Translations under genes and position numbers: made by a program
NCBI GenBank assembly: GCA_963662275.1
Contig: OY759316.1
Span: 3,360,001-3,424,000 of the forward strand
Direction of reading: 5' to 3'
Length of the DNA: 64,000 bases
From: Candidatus Cloacimonadales bacterium
GTDB taxonomy: Bacteria; Cloacimonadota; Cloacimonadia; Cloacimonadales; DAONDQ01
Notes under the pieces: model-generated
The model's input: only the letters and a program-made list of their open reading frames with translations
Database searches by the model: none
What the model was told of the DNA's origin: nothing
Shown: piece after piece, positions 9,647 to 20,720 of the stretch
How the letters are laid out: the number at the start of each line of letters is the position of its first letter
Numbering within the stretch: the first letter of the stretch is position 1

Positions 9647-11731
9647 ATGAATGATTTACAATCTGATATTCAGTATTTGAAGGGCGTTGGAGAAAGACGC
9701 GCTATTTTAATGCGTCGCTTAGGCATTCGCACGATAGGCGACCTATTGGAATTTTTTCCAAGATATTACATCAATCGCCAGGTGGATACTCCTATCTATG
9801 AATTATTACCGGGAGTCCAAGCTGCTTTAGTAGGTACAATCAGTGATTTTCAAATTAAAAAGCTATCTAGTGGAAGAAGTCAATTGAATGTAGTCATTAG
9901 TGATGGGAAGAGCAGTCTTCTCTGTACTTGGTTTCAATATGGAGAGTGGTTGACAAAAGCTATCAAGCCAAGCGCTCGAATGTGGGTGAGCGGAATGGTG
10001 ACTGAATTCAGTGGCAGGCTGCAAATCATTCATCCTGATTATGAAATCCTGGAAGATGAGAAAGAAGAAACCGGCTTCTGGAAAAACAGATCAACTTTAC
10101 CTGTGTATCCCTTAACAGAAAATCTGAATATCAAGCTGATGCGGAATCTGGTTGTCCAAGCATTTTCGCAATACAGCGAGCAAATAGAAGAGACTTTACC
10201 CGAACAGATGATTACTCAATTTGAATTCATCCCGCGTAAAATCGCCTTAGAGAAAATGCACTTTACTCAACATCCTGATAATGTAGAGGAAATCAGACGT
10301 CGTTTTGTCTTTGAAGAATTTTTGTACAGTCAATTATTATGGGCACGCAGTCGTTATCACGTCCAGAAGGAAGTTCCGGGGTATGCCTTCCTACCACAGA
10401 AAACATACACAACAAAACTGAAGAACAAACTGCCGTTTCAATTGACGGGTGCACAGAAACGGGTTCTGAAAGAGATTTTTTCAGATATGGAGAAACCAAA
10501 GCCTATGCAGAGGCTTCTTCAAGGTGATGTGGGGTCAGGTAAAACGGTTGTCACCTTATTTGCTATGCTGCTGGCTGTTGAGAATGGCTTTCAGGCAGTT
10601 ATCATGGCACCGACCGAAATATTAGCCGAGCAGCATTATCGCAATGTGTCACAACTCCTGGAAGAACAGCCTGAAATCAAGATCGCCATCTTGAAAGGTG
10701 GAGCCTATAAAGGAAAGAACCAGGTGAAAGAAGAGATTGCAAATGGCAGTATCCATATCATTATTGGAACTCACGCACTCATTCAAAAAGATGTCGAATA
10801 TCATAAAATAGGATTTGTTGCCATTGATGAACAACATCGCTTCGGTGTGGAACAAAGAGCCGAATTATATCGCAAGTCAGGAGCACATCCTGATCTCTTA
10901 TATTTGTCAGCCACACCAATCCCAAGATCTTTGGCTATGACTGTGTTTGGTGATTTGGAAGTCAGCAGGTTAGATGAAATGCCTCCAAATCGTCAATCGA
11001 TCCATACGATTTGGCGTAATGAACGTCAGAAACCGGAGATTTATAAAGCAATCCATGCAGAATTGGTAAAAGGCAGACAAATCTATATTGTATGTCCTCT
11101 TATTGAAGAATCCGAAAAGAGTGATCTTCTTGATGCCGAGACATTGTTTAAGCAGATATCGGAACATGTTTATCCCAAATTCAAATCTGCAATTCTTCAT
11201 GGCAGGATGACTAATGAGATGAAGAATACAATTATGCATTCCTATCAGTCAGGTGAAATACAAATACTTGTATCAACAACAGTTATTGAAGTGGGCGTTG
11301 ATGTAGCCAATGCGACCGTGATGATGATTGAACATGCGGAACGATTTGGACTGGCACAATTGCATCAGTTACGCGGTCGAGTTGGAAGAGGGACAGAAAA
11401 ATCATATTGTTATTTAATCGGCTATCCTCCTATTTCATCTATAGGAAGAGAAAGATTAAATACTATGGTTCAAACGCAGGATGGCTTTCTGATTGCAGAA
11501 AAGGATTTAGAGCTGCGAGGACCAGGGGAATTCTTTGGAAAAGAACAATCTGGTTTGCCCATATTCAAACATGCTAATCTCGTAAAAGACCAGGAGATGT
11601 TAAGGATTGCACGAAGTGTTGCTTTTCAGATCATAGAAGAAGATTACTCCCTTCAAAAAGTAGAACTTCGTCTCCTGCATAAAAAATACATGGCAGAGTA
11701 TTTAGCCAGGGAACAGATGATCAGTTACTGA
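9647..11731 (+). CDS. recG: ATP-dependent DNA helicase RecG
   Basis: LKGVG N-terminus, LLQGDVGSGKT, DEQHRFG, SATPIPRSL, QLHQLRGRVGRG, DLELRGPGE. Confidence 0.98.
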   Translation: MNDLQSDIQYLKGVGERRAILMRRLGIRTIGDLLEFFPRYYINRQVDTPIYELLPGVQAALVGTISDFQIKKLSSGRSQLNVVISDGKSSLLCTWFQYGEWLTKAIKPSARMWVSGMVTEFSGRLQIIHPDYEILEDEKEETGFWKNRSTLPVYPLTENLNIKLMRNLVVQAFSQYSEQIEETLPEQMITQFEFIPRKIALEKMHFTQHPDNVEEIRRRFVFEEFLYSQLLWARSRYHVQKEVPGYAFLPQKTYTTKLKNKLPFQLTGAQKRVLKEIFSDMEKPKPMQRLLQGDVGSGKTVVTLFAMLLAVENGFQAVIMAPTEILAEQHYRNVSQLLEEQPEIKIAILKGGAYKGKNQVKEEIANGSIHIIIGTHALIQKDVEYHKIGFVAIDEQHRFGVEQRAELYRKSGAHPDLLYLSATPIPRSLAMTVFGDLEVSRLDEMPPNRQSIHTIWRNERQKPEIYKAIHAELVKGRQIYIVCPLIEESEKSDLLDAETLFKQISEHVYPKFKSAILHGRMTNEMKNTIMHSYQSGEIQILVSTTVIEVGVDVANATVMMIEHAERFGLAQLHQLRGRVGRGTEKSYCYLIGYPPISSIGRERLNTMVQTQDGFLIAEKDLELRGPGEFFGKEQSGLPIFKHANLVKDQEMLRIARSVAFQIIEEDYSLQKVELRLLHKKYMAEYLAREQMISY

Positions 11732-13669
11732 CCATTTCTGTACTACCTCCACGATATCCTTCTTTGTGAAAGGCTTAGAAATATAATCATCAAATCCTTT
11801 TGCCAGGAGAGCTTCCTTATCACCAACCATGGCATAACCGGTAACGGCAATCAGCGGTACATTTTCATAACCGGGCAGTTTACGAATCCGATGCGCTGCT
11901 TCAATGCCATTTAATCCAATACCAAGATTGATATCCATGAGAATAATATCAAATGGTTTTTGCGAAGCCAGGTGAATTGCCATGACACCGTCACGGGTAT
12001 AAGTAATGAAATGGCAATCGTGCAAATAATTGCGAATGACCTCTGAATTAAAAGGATTATCCTCAACGACAAGAAATCTCTTAGTAAGATAATCCGTAGT
12101 GTTTAGATATTTGGGCTGGTCGTAAGTTTTCTCTGAAACAGCACTTATTTTTTCTTTGGCAGCAGGTAGTGTCAGGAAGAAAGTGGAACCAAGTCCGGGA
12201 GTGCTTTCAACTTCTAATCTTCCCCCCAGCAATTCAGCAGATTTACTTGCCAAGCTAAGCCCCAAACCAACACCTTCAAAGTTTCTTCCATAACCTTCGC
12301 TAACCTGTCGGAATTCATCAAAGATTAGTTTCTGATTTTCCAAGGCAATACCGATTCCCGTATCTTTGACTGTTAAAGTGATCCAAACTTGACCATCGAT
12401 AGAATTTTTTTGATGAGAAACATAGATTTCGCCTTTTTCCGTATATTTGATCGCATTTTCAATCAGGTTATGCATGATCCTGGAAAAAATACGTTCATCA
12501 ATATTAACAAGATAACCTTCCGGAATGGAATCAAAACGAAGTTTCAAATCACTTTTTTCGGCATAACTTTTATGACTTTTAATGATTGCTGGAAGAATAT
12601 CACCTAATTCAATTGTTTGTAGTTTCGGTTTGGCTCTCTCTGATTCAAGCATTGATATATCAAGAATGGAAGTAATTGTTGCTTCCAGTCGCTGGGCAGA
12701 AATGATAATATTCTGAACCATATCCTGTTGCCCTTCCGTGATAGGTTCCTGTGTCAGAAAATCAGCAAATCCGATGATGGCATTCATCGGAGTTCTTAAT
12801 TCATGGCTCATGTTTCGCAGGAGTGATTCTTTCAGACGGGATGATTCCTCTGCTTTCTCTTTGGCTATGATTAAATCCTGTTGTATGCTTTTCCGTTCCG
12901 TAATATCTTCCAATACTGCTAAATAACTGACAATTTCGCCATTATCATCCTTAATAGCTGAAATGGAAGCAGATTCCCAAAACAACTCACCATTCTTTTT
13001 CTTGTTATGAAAATCTCCATGCCATTCATTACCCAAAGTGATCGTTTTCCACAATTCAATATATACATCAGGAGTGGATTCACCTGACTTCAAAATGCGG
13101 GGATTTTGCCCAATTACTTCCTCATAGGTATATCCCGTGATCTCAGAAAACTTGGGATTTACATACTCAATCTCACCATTGGCATCTGTCATAATGATCA
13201 TGACAGGACTTTGCTCAACTGCACGGGAGAGTTTTCGTACTTCAATTTCCGCCATTTTACGACGAATCTCTTCCTGGTGATGCTGATGTTTCAATTGATA
13301 TTCCTGGAGAGCTCTTTCCACGGCTGGAATAAAACGAGCCAGATTATTCTTCAATACATAATCATAGGCACCAGCCTTAATCATATTCACGGCTTTGTCT
13401 TCACCGATCAGTCCGGATACAATAATGAACGGAATTTCCAGGTTCAAGGATTTATAAATTTCCAAGGCAACATTACCATCAAAATGAGGTAAAATGTAAT
13501 CGCAAATAATCAGATCCCAAAATTCATTTTTAAGTGTCTTCTGCAATTCCTCTGCTGTTTGTACCTGTGTATGTTTGACTTCATAACCAGCAATACGCAT
13601 TTCTCTTAAAATTAGTAAAAGATCATTTTCATTATCTTCAATAAAAATTACTTTCAGATTTTTACTCAT
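11702..13669 (-). CDS. Hybrid sensor kinase REC-PAS-HisKA-HATPase-REC
   Basis: N-terminal receiver, PAS (NPRILKSG), H-box SHELRTPMN, G boxes DTGIG/GVGLGL, C-terminal receiver LMDI...KP. Confidence 0.93.
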   Translation of the reverse strand: MSKNLKVIFIEDNENDLLLILREMRIAGYEVKHTQVQTAEELQKTLKNEFWDLIICDYILPHFDGNVALEIYKSLNLEIPFIIVSGLIGEDKAVNMIKAGAYDYVLKNNLARFIPAVERALQEYQLKHQHHQEEIRRKMAEIEVRKLSRAVEQSPVMIIMTDANGEIEYVNPKFSEITGYTYEEVIGQNPRILKSGESTPDVYIELWKTITLGNEWHGDFHNKKKNGELFWESASISAIKDDNGEIVSYLAVLEDITERKSIQQDLIIAKEKAEESSRLKESLLRNMSHELRTPMNAIIGFADFLTQEPITEGQQDMVQNIIISAQRLEATITSILDISMLESERAKPKLQTIELGDILPAIIKSHKSYAEKSDLKLRFDSIPEGYLVNIDERIFSRIMHNLIENAIKYTEKGEIYVSHQKNSIDGQVWITLTVKDTGIGIALENQKLIFDEFRQVSEGYGRNFEGVGLGLSLASKSAELLGGRLEVESTPGLGSTFFLTLPAAKEKISAVSEKTYDQPKYLNTTDYLTKRFLVVEDNPFNSEVIRNYLHDCHFITYTRDGVMAIHLASQKPFDIILMDINLGIGLNGIEAAHRIRKLPGYENVPLIAVTGYAMVGDKEALLAKGFDDYISKPFTKKDIVEVVQKWSVTDHLFPG

Positions 13670-14118
13670 AAATTTTCTCCCAAGATTGGTGGCAGTTCAT
13701 TGAGAACAAGCCAATAGCGACCTAATTGTTCAATGGTATTCATGAATTGGTTAAAATCAATAGGTTTGCGAATGTAGCTATTGGCACCAAGTGAATAACA
13801 GATTATCAGATCCTTTTCCTCCCGTGATGATGTTAAAATGACAACGGGGAGAAGCTTTGTTCGAGGATTGGAACGAATCAATTGAAGTACTTCCAATCCA
13901 TTCATTTTGGGAAGTTTCAAATCCAGTAAGATAATAGATGGAAGTGTTGTTTGTTCAGCATTTGCATAATTTCCCTGGTTGAAGAGATAATCGATAGCAA
14001 TAGCGCCATCTGTCATAACAACAACTTCATTATCGATTTTATTCTTTTGTAGGGCACGTATTGTCAGGTCAATTTCATCAGGATTATCTTCGATTAGAAG
14101 TATCGTCCGTGCACTCAT
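13666..14118 (-). CDS. Single-domain response regulator (Rcp1-like)
   Basis: LLIEDN, LLDLKLPKMNG, VILTSS, GANSYIRKP, YWL. Confidence 0.92.
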   Translation of the reverse strand: MSARTILLIEDNPDEIDLTIRALQKNKIDNEVVVMTDGAIAIDYLFNQGNYANAEQTTLPSIILLDLKLPKMNGLEVLQLIRSNPRTKLLPVVILTSSREEKDLIICYSLGANSYIRKPIDFNQFMNTIEQLGRYWLVLNELPPILGENL

Positions 14119-14349
14119 ATCTTACTCCCTGATCCATAATTTATTCTTATAACATATGACTAAATTTAGTAATCCAACAAAAAAATAAGCTTTAATTAGA
14201 TGAATTATTATGTCAACTCTTATTCTAAAACCTGCAAATTCAGTATTAGGTAACTGACACGGTATGAAGTAAATCGATTGTGCTTGACAATATTGCAGAC
14301 CCAGAAATACTTCGTTTCGCTATCGAGTAAATACTATAAGGAGAAAGGA

Positions 14350-14778
14350 ATGAAGACATTGACCCCAAAACCAGGTCAGATTGACCAAGGCTGGCATTTG
14401 ATCGATGCTTCGGACATGACCTTAGGTAGGCTTGCTACACAGATAGCTTCGATTCTTAGAGGCAAAAATAAACCATATTTTGTGCCCAACATTGATACTG
14501 GTGATTTTATCGTGGTTATTAATGCAGAAAAAGTAAGAATATCAGGTAGTAAGTTTCTACAGAAGTTCTACAAGGATTATAGCGGTTATCCCAGCGGTTT
14601 AAGAGAAACCCCGTATGCCCGTATGATCCAGGAAAATCCCGAACAGATCATTCAACGTGCTGTTAAAGGAATGCTCCCCAAAAACACATTGGGACGGCAG
14701 ATGATCACAAAATTGAAAGTCTATAGTGGACAGGAACATCCGCATCAAGCACAGCAACCTGTACCATTTAGACCGTAG
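14350..14778 (+). CDS. rplM: 50S ribosomal protein L13
   Basis: LGRLA...LRGKNKP...[11 protein letters not shown]...HPHQAQQP; start moved to ATG 14350 after AAAGGA. Confidence 0.98.
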   Translation: MKTLTPKPGQIDQGWHLIDASDMTLGRLATQIASILRGKNKPYFVPNIDTGDFIVVINAEKVRISGSKFLQKFYKDYSGYPSGLRETPYARMIQENPEQIIQRAVKGMLPKNTLGRQMITKLKVYSGQEHPHQAQQPVPFRP

Positions 14779-14789
14779 GAGGAAATTGG

Positions 14790-15176
14790 ATGCAATATTT
14801 TGATGCAGTAGGCAGAAGAAAAACTGCAACCGCTCGGGTTAGATTGACCCCGGGAACAGGAAAGCGAATCATCAATAATGTTCAGATGAAGAAATATCTT
14901 CAGCGTGAAGTATTGGAAATGGTAGTGGAACAGCCTTTTGAAATTGCAGATCTCAGTGAAAAATTTGATATGAAAGTGAACGTGGTCGGCGGTGGTCTTA
15001 GTGGCCAGGCAGGAGCGATCCGGCATGGTATTTCTCGTGCCTTACTGAAATATGATGAAGCCCTGAGAGAAGGTTTAAAGAAACGTGGTTTTCTGACTCG
15101 TGACCCGCGTATGGTGGAACGTAAAAAAGCCGGACGTCCGAAAGCGAGAAAAAGATTCCAGTTCTCTAAACGTTAA
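14790..15176 (+). CDS. rpsI: 30S ribosomal protein S9
   Basis: [34 protein letters not shown]...QFSKR. Confidence 0.99.
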   Translation: MQYFDAVGRRKTATARVRLTPGTGKRIINNVQMKKYLQREVLEMVVEQPFEIADLSEKFDMKVNVVGGGLSGQAGAIRHGISRALLKYDEALREGLKKRGFLTRDPRMVERKKAGRPKARKRFQFSKR

Positions 15177-15287
15177 AATAGTTTTTTATTCTTCCTATAG
15201 GGAGTTGCAAGGCGGTGTTTCCCGTGGAAACTGGATTGCTTATATCCCGATATGGAATATTAACCGTAACATTTAAGGAGTAAATGA

Positions 15288-16097
15288 ATGTCTGTTGTAT
15301 CAATGAAACAACTCTTGGAAGCGGGTGTACATTTTGGACACCAAACACATAAATGGAATCCCAAGATGAAGAAATATATCTTTATCAAACGTAATGGGAT
15401 TCACATTCTTGATCTGAAACAAACGGTAGATTCCATCAATGATGCCTACCAGTTTGTGAAAGATATTGCCGGCAAAGGTGAATACCTGCTCTTTGTCGGA
15501 ACGAAGAAACAAGCTCAGGATGCAGTCAAACAAGCTGCTGAAAAAGCCAATGTTTTCTACGTTAATAATCGCTGGTACGGTGGTATGCTTACGAATATGC
15601 AAACTATTCGTAAAAGTATTGAAAAGATGGAATACTTTGAACAGATCGTCACTGACGGTACTGTCAGTAGTTATACCAAACTTGAACAAGGGCGTATGAA
15701 ACGTAAGCATGACAAGATAGAAGGCGCTCTAGGTGGAATCAGGGGAATGAACAGACAGCCTGGTGCAGTCTTTATTGTCGATACCGAACATGAAGAAATT
15801 GCCGTTGCTGAAGCTCGTAAACTTGGTATCCCAATTATCGGTATGGTAGACACAAACTGCAATCCTGATGTGGTTGATTATGTGATTCCTTCCAATGATG
15901 ATGCAATTCGTGCCATTTATCTGATTGCAGATATTATTGCGAATGCTGTCATTGAAGGTAAACAATCTTTAGCTGAAGGTGTAGATGCAGCTCCCCTGGT
16001 AATTCCTGAAATTGATCCTTCTCTTGAGGGTGAAGAGGAAAAACCGGTCGTTGATGTTGCTCTTGAAGAAATGCTGGAAACAGTAACAGAAGAATAA
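15288..16097 (+). CDS. rpsB: 30S ribosomal protein S2
   Basis: LLEAGVHFGH, WNPKM, DTNCNP, IPSNDDAIR. Confidence 0.99.
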   Translation: MSVVSMKQLLEAGVHFGHQTHKWNPKMKKYIFIKRNGIHILDLKQTVDSINDAYQFVKDIAGKGEYLLFVGTKKQAQDAVKQAAEKANVFYVNNRWYGGMLTNMQTIRKSIEKMEYFEQIVTDGTVSSYTKLEQGRMKRKHDKIEGALGGIRGMNRQPGAVFIVDTEHEEIAVAEARKLGIPIIGMVDTNCNPDVVDYVIPSNDDAIRAIYLIADIIANAVIEGKQSLAEGVDAAPLVIPEIDPSLEGEEEKPVVDVALEEMLETVTEE

Positions 16098-16111
16098 ACG
16101 ATTTCCATAAT

Positions 16112-16144
16112 GGGGGAGATCGTGATTGATCTCTCCCTTTTTTT
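16112..16144 (+). terminator. Intrinsic terminator/attenuator between rpsB and tsf
   Basis: GGGGGAGATC...GATCTCTCCC followed by T run. Confidence 0.6.
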
Positions 16145-16227
16145 ATCCACGAACCTCTATCCGGATTACTTTCAATACTTGAAACGACAATCCGCTTCGG
16201 AGGCAAGCCAATTAGAAAGGAGTTCCA

Positions 16228-16824
16228 ATGGTAGAAATCACTGCTGCCCTGGTAAAAGAGTTAAGAGACAGAACTAGTGTAGGCATGATGGAATGCAAGA
16301 AAGCATTAGTAGAAATGAACGGTAATATCGATGAAGCCATTAAATATTTACGCGAAAAAGGTATCAGCAAAGCTGCTGCCAAAGCCTCACGTGAGACAAA
16401 AGAAGGCTTGATCTTCTCTTATGTGCACTCAAATCACAAACTTGGTGTACTCGTTGAAGTCAATTGTGAATCAGATTTCGTGGCTCGTACAGATAACTTT
16501 AAAGCTCTGTGCAAGGACATTGCCATGCAGGTTGCTGCATCAAATCCTATCGCTATCGAACCGACTGATATTGATCCTAAGCTCATTGAATCTGAGAAGG
16601 AAATAGCCAGGAACAAAGCGATCAATGAAGGAAAACCGGAAAAGATCATCGACAAGATCGTGGAAGGTTCCATTCAAAAGTTTTGTAAGGATAATTCCCT
16701 TTTAGACCAAGAATACATTAAGGATCCACAACGCACTATTCGCATGTTGCTGCATGATGCAGTGATGTCGATGGGCGAGAATATCAAAGTTGCACGCTTC
16801 GTACGTTATTCCCTAGGTGAATAA
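16228..16824 (+). CDS. tsf: Elongation factor Ts (short form)
   Basis: VKELRDRTSVGMMECKKAL, EVNCESDFVA. Confidence 0.98.
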   Translation: MVEITAALVKELRDRTSVGMMECKKALVEMNGNIDEAIKYLREKGISKAAAKASRETKEGLIFSYVHSNHKLGVLVEVNCESDFVARTDNFKALCKDIAMQVAASNPIAIEPTDIDPKLIESEKEIARNKAINEGKPEKIIDKIVEGSIQKFCKDNSLLDQEYIKDPQRTIRMLLHDAVMSMGENIKVARFVRYSLGE

Positions 16825-16836
16825 TCGGGAGTTCTT

Positions 16837-17562
16837 ATGTTAACCTATAAGCCGGAAAAGATCCATAGAATCATATTAAAGTTAAGTGGTGAGGTACTGG
16901 CGGGTGAGAAAGGATTTGGATTTGATGATGATGTTATCGATAGAATAACCGATGATATTATTGAATTAAGGAAGATCGGATTAAGCTGTGGAATTGTCCT
17001 GGGTGGAGGTAACTTCTTCCGTGGCGGTACTTGGAAGAATAAGAAACTGGATCGTGTCGTACTTGATAATATCGGAATGTTAGCGACAATCCAAAACGCA
17101 CTTTATCTTTCCGAAATTCTACGTAAGAAAAACTACAGTACGGATGTCTTTTCTGCCATTCAAGCCGATAAGATTGCCAAGTACTATACACCTATCCGTG
17201 TTGAAACAGCCTTCCAGGAAGGTCGTATCTGTTTTCTCTGTGGTGGAACCGGCAGTCCCTTTTTTACAACAGATACTGCTGCTGTTTTAAGAGCTACAGA
17301 ATTGAATGCAGATTTGGTCTTGAAAGGCACGAAAGTGAACGGCGTTTATTCCGAAGATCCTATGGTCAATCCAGAAGCTGAATTCTATGCTAATATCAGT
17401 TATGATGAAGTCTTGAAGAAAGAACTCAAGGTTATGGACTTGACTGCATTTTCCCTTGCCAAGGAAAACAATATACCCATCAAAGTGTTTAATATCAGTG
17501 CGAAGGGTAGCATGCGGGAGGCAGTCTTATCTCGTGATTCCGGTACATTCATACATCGTTGA
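16837..17562 (+). CDS. pyrH: UMP kinase
   Basis: LKLSGE, GGGNFFRG, PFFTTDTAAVLRA; synteny. Confidence 0.98.
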   Translation: MLTYKPEKIHRIILKLSGEVLAGEKGFGFDDDVIDRITDDIIELRKIGLSCGIVLGGGNFFRGGTWKNKKLDRVVLDNIGMLATIQNALYLSEILRKKNYSTDVFSAIQADKIAKYYTPIRVETAFQEGRICFLCGGTGSPFFTTDTAAVLRATELNADLVLKGTKVNGVYSEDPMVNPEAEFYANISYDEVLKKELKVMDLTAFSLAKENNIPIKVFNISAKGSMREAVLSRDSGTFIHR

Positions 17563-17573
17563 AAGAGGTGATT

Positions 17574-18128
17574 ATGGAAGATTTCAAAAAGATTACTGAA
17601 GAAAGAATGCAAAAAACCCTGGATGCTTTGCTGCATCAATTCTCGAAAGTAAGAACAGGCAGAGCAAGCGCATCCATACTAGATGATGTGAAGATTGATT
17701 ATTACGGTCAGCCTACTCCAGTGAAGCAGTTATGTAATGTAACAATACCTGATGCCAGGATGATCGTACTGCAACCTTGGGATAAAACCAGTTTGCCAGA
17801 TATTGAAAAGGCTATCCTGGCTGCCAACTTGGGAATTACCCCCGATAATGATGGAAATGTCATACGCCTTCCTTTCCAGTCATTGACTGAAGAAAAAAGA
17901 AAGGAAATCGTAAAGCAAATTAAGAAGACTTGCGAGGAAACCCGCATTGCCATGCGTAACGTTCGTCGTGAATCAAACGATGCAATTAAAAAGGCTAAAA
18001 AAGATAACGAAATCAGCGAAGATGATGAGAAAAAACACTTAAAGGAAATTCAGGATGTCACTGATAAATGGATTCTGAAAGTGGACGAATCCGAAAAAGT
18101 GAAAGAAAAAGAAATCATGGAAGTGTAA
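17574..18128 (+). CDS. frr: Ribosome recycling factor
   Basis: VRTGRAS, LGITPDNDG, KEKEIMEV; ATG 17574 after GAGGTG. Confidence 0.98.
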   Translation: MEDFKKITEERMQKTLDALLHQFSKVRTGRASASILDDVKIDYYGQPTPVKQLCNVTIPDARMIVLQPWDKTSLPDIEKAILAANLGITPDNDGNVIRLPFQSLTEEKRKEIVKQIKKTCEETRIAMRNVRRESNDAIKKAKKDNEISEDDEKKHLKEIQDVTDKWILKVDESEKVKEKEIMEV

Positions 18129-18148
18129 GAAACTTCTTAAATCTAATG

Positions 18149-18179
18149 AAAGGCAACCTGTGAAGGTTGCCTTTTTTTT
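18149..18179 (+). terminator. Intrinsic terminator after frr
   Basis: AAAGGCAACCT-GTGA-AGGTTGCCTTTTTTTTT. Confidence 0.85.
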
Positions 18180-18428
18180 GTACATTCTCATATTTACAGA
18201 CTCATGTGTCTGTCCACTTCATTAAGGATTTCCAATAAATAATAATCCAGTTCATCAATCAATAATGGAAAACCAAACATGATTCTCTCCATATTTTTTA
18301 AATATAATTGGATTAATCAAACGAAACAGGTACAAAGTCAAGTGTTTTCACATTAACTCTGTACCTGTCTTTCAAAAACATTCATTATCTATAGAGAAAT
18401 AATATGTTCGCAAAACCTGGTTATCAGC

Positions 18429-20495
18429 TTACTTCAGCATAATCATCTTTCCTGTAAGCAGATATTTTCCAATTTGAATCTTATAGAAATATATCCCGCT
18501 AACTGCTTGTTTTTCCAGGTTATCCTTACCATTCCAATAGACACCATATTCTCCTTTTCCATCTACGCGACTTGCCAGGTTACGAACTAGTTGTCCCTTA
18601 ATATTATAGATTTCCATGAAGACAGGTGCTTTCATATCGGTTAGAACTGAAAAACGAATCGCTGTTTCAGGATTGAAAGGATTGGGGAAATTACCAAGCA
18701 ATCGAATGGGTTGAGTAATATGAATGGCTATATTATCATCAATCTCCGTATCACCGGAAAAGCTTGTAAAGACGCAAACAACTCCGTAGGCTAAACTCAA
18801 ATTAATTATTGCTTCTTTCATTTCCATTGCTTGAGCTGAATCTGTGGGATAGGAATAGTATTCCACTAGAAGTTGATCGATTTTCTTACTCGCCCACAAC
18901 TTAGGAATGAATTGCATAAGAGAATCATTATTCGTTGTCAGTGTTGCTTCATAAGGATAGCTGACTGGTCCATTGGCATCATTGCCGTCAAAGTGCAGCG
19001 TTATATTCTGACCTGTATTATATCTGCCAGTGATAATGAGTTGAGAGTCATGATATAAGCTTGGCAGGGGATCTGGATAAATTTCAGTGAGCGCATTATT
19101 TGGAGTAACTGAAAGGGTAGGATCAAGTATTACTGCCTGGCTGATTAGATTAAAAAAGGATGTAACCGTTGTGAAAAGATCACTACTTCCAAGAAATACA
19201 GCAGTTCCATTATTATCTTGAGCAAGCAAGTTAAGAAGCTGCGTATTTACATCACTACCCACACCAAAATTAAACAACGCAAGACTGAGATCATGGGAAG
19301 AAACCAGAGAATGAACATGATTTACTAATTGATATGTATCGGTGATTCCAACAGTCGGACCTCCATCAGTAATCATGATAATCACATTTCGATAAGAGGA
19401 TGATGGTGATGCTATAAATTCATTAATAGCTTCATCCAAAGCACCTGAGATATTAGTACCATTCGGGGCAACTGCTGATATGTTGTTAATCCAATTCGTA
19501 GCTGTTGTGATATTGGTTAAACTAACCTCCTGATGACTACTCCATATATGCTGAATCTCATGATCAAATGCAATCACATTGAATCTATCATCAGCGCTCA
19601 AGTGATTGATAATATATATCATCGCCTGACGTGCCTGTGTGATTCTGTTTTCAGTATTCATACTACCGGAATGGTCAACAATTAACGCTATTCTAATTGG
19701 CAGAGGTCTTGTTTGTACATTTCCAGGTTCTACAATGAAGGTAAAGAATCCGTTACCAAATGAATCTGGTACAGAATCACGTACAGTACTCATTGCCCTG
19801 AATCCAATCTCACTTTGAGCAAGTGAATAATTGAGACTATAATTCGAAGAAGCTATAGAGTTAGCTAATTCAAAATGAGCAAAACCTGATTCGCTGTTAA
19901 ATTCTATGTTGGCAGCAGGTTGATTCAAAGCAAAAGATTGGATAGCGCGATCGGATTGAAGATTAATATCAAGCTCCTGGAGAACCAATGGTTGTTGCTG
20001 GATTGGAGTATAATCATTTTTTAGAAAAAGATTCACTGTTCCCACAGAATAATTCAGTAATTGAACATATGTCAGTTCTACACGGATATCTTCATTAGCT
20101 TCCAGAGTTGTTCCAAAATCAAAAGTAACAGGGAAAAACCCAATGTATAGTTTATAATAATCCGGTATCGAAGATGGACCTCCAGGCAGGCTTGGAGGAT
20201 TGCCAGCTATTGAAGCCAGGTGCCATTCTCCATGTACAAACCAACGTAATTGAGTAGCGCTGGCACCACTAGGTAATGGAAAAGAATAGCGAGGTTCTAC
20301 TACTGAATTGAAAGTATTTCGAAAAATCTCAGATACAGTAACTGCAGCAACCTGGTTTTGAATAGCTACATCATAATGACAAGTACGTAAAAGAATCGGC
20401 TGAAGCACGGTAACATTCTTATTAATAACCACACCTACCGCAAATAAGGATGAGATGACACTAATAAGGATGATCAGACAAAAGTAAACTTTCAT
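18429..20495 (-). CDS. Secreted VIT + von Willebrand A domain protein with FlgD/T9SS-like tail
   Basis: VIT-like N-terminus (YSFPLPSGA), MIDAS VDHSGSM...GTNISGAL...ITDG, LWASKKI, FPNPFNPET tail. Confidence 0.88.
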   Translation of the reverse strand: MKVYFCLIILISVISSLFAVGVVINKNVTVLQPILLRTCHYDVAIQNQVAAVTVSEIFRNTFNSVVEPRYSFPLPSGASATQLRWFVHGEWHLASIAGNPPSLPGGPSSIPDYYKLYIGFFPVTFDFGTTLEANEDIRVELTYVQLLNYSVGTVNLFLKNDYTPIQQQPLVLQELDINLQSDRAIQSFALNQPAANIEFNSESGFAHFELANSIASSNYSLNYSLAQSEIGFRAMSTVRDSVPDSFGNGFFTFIVEPGNVQTRPLPIRIALIVDHSGSMNTENRITQARQAMIYIINHLSADDRFNVIAFDHEIQHIWSSHQEVSLTNITTATNWINNISAVAPNGTNISGALDEAINEFIASPSSSYRNVIIMITDGGPTVGITDTYQLVNHVHSLVSSHDLSLALFNFGVGSDVNTQLLNLLAQDNNGTAVFLGSSDLFTTVTSFFNLISQAVILDPTLSVTPNNALTEIYPDPLPSLYHDSQLIITGRYNTGQNITLHFDGNDANGPVSYPYEATLTTNNDSLMQFIPKLWASKKIDQLLVEYYSYPTDSAQAMEMKEAIINLSLAYGVVCVFTSFSGDTEIDDNIAIHITQPIRLLGNFPNPFNPETAIRFSVLTDMKAPVFMEIYNIKGQLVRNLASRVDGKGEYGVYWNGKDNLEKQAVSGIYFYKIQIGKYLLTGKMIMLK

Positions 20496-20720
20496 ATATC
20501 CTCCAATGTTATATTAAATAATATACATAACGATATAAATGAGTCAAGGTAATTATTTAATTAATCTCTTTTTTTTGATAACCATAATTAACTTTGAATC
20601 CCTATAGATATTCTTGGAATAAAATACAGAAATCTCCATTTATGAAATAAATCTGTTTTAACTTGACGTTTATCTAATCTTCATTCAGAATTTGTGTATC
20701 TACAAAAAAGAAAGGATGAT

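Noticed and set aside
11702..11731. 30-bp convergent overlap of recG and the hybrid kinase
   Set aside because: Common arrangement with no further signal
14278..14349. N-terminal extensions in the ORF track (rplM; also 20694, 25013, 33553, 42959, 56245)
   Set aside because: Downstream ATGs have RBS and match family starts
15180..15287. Possible rpsB autoregulatory leader RNA
   Set aside because: Plausible by position, but I cannot support a structure without a covariance model
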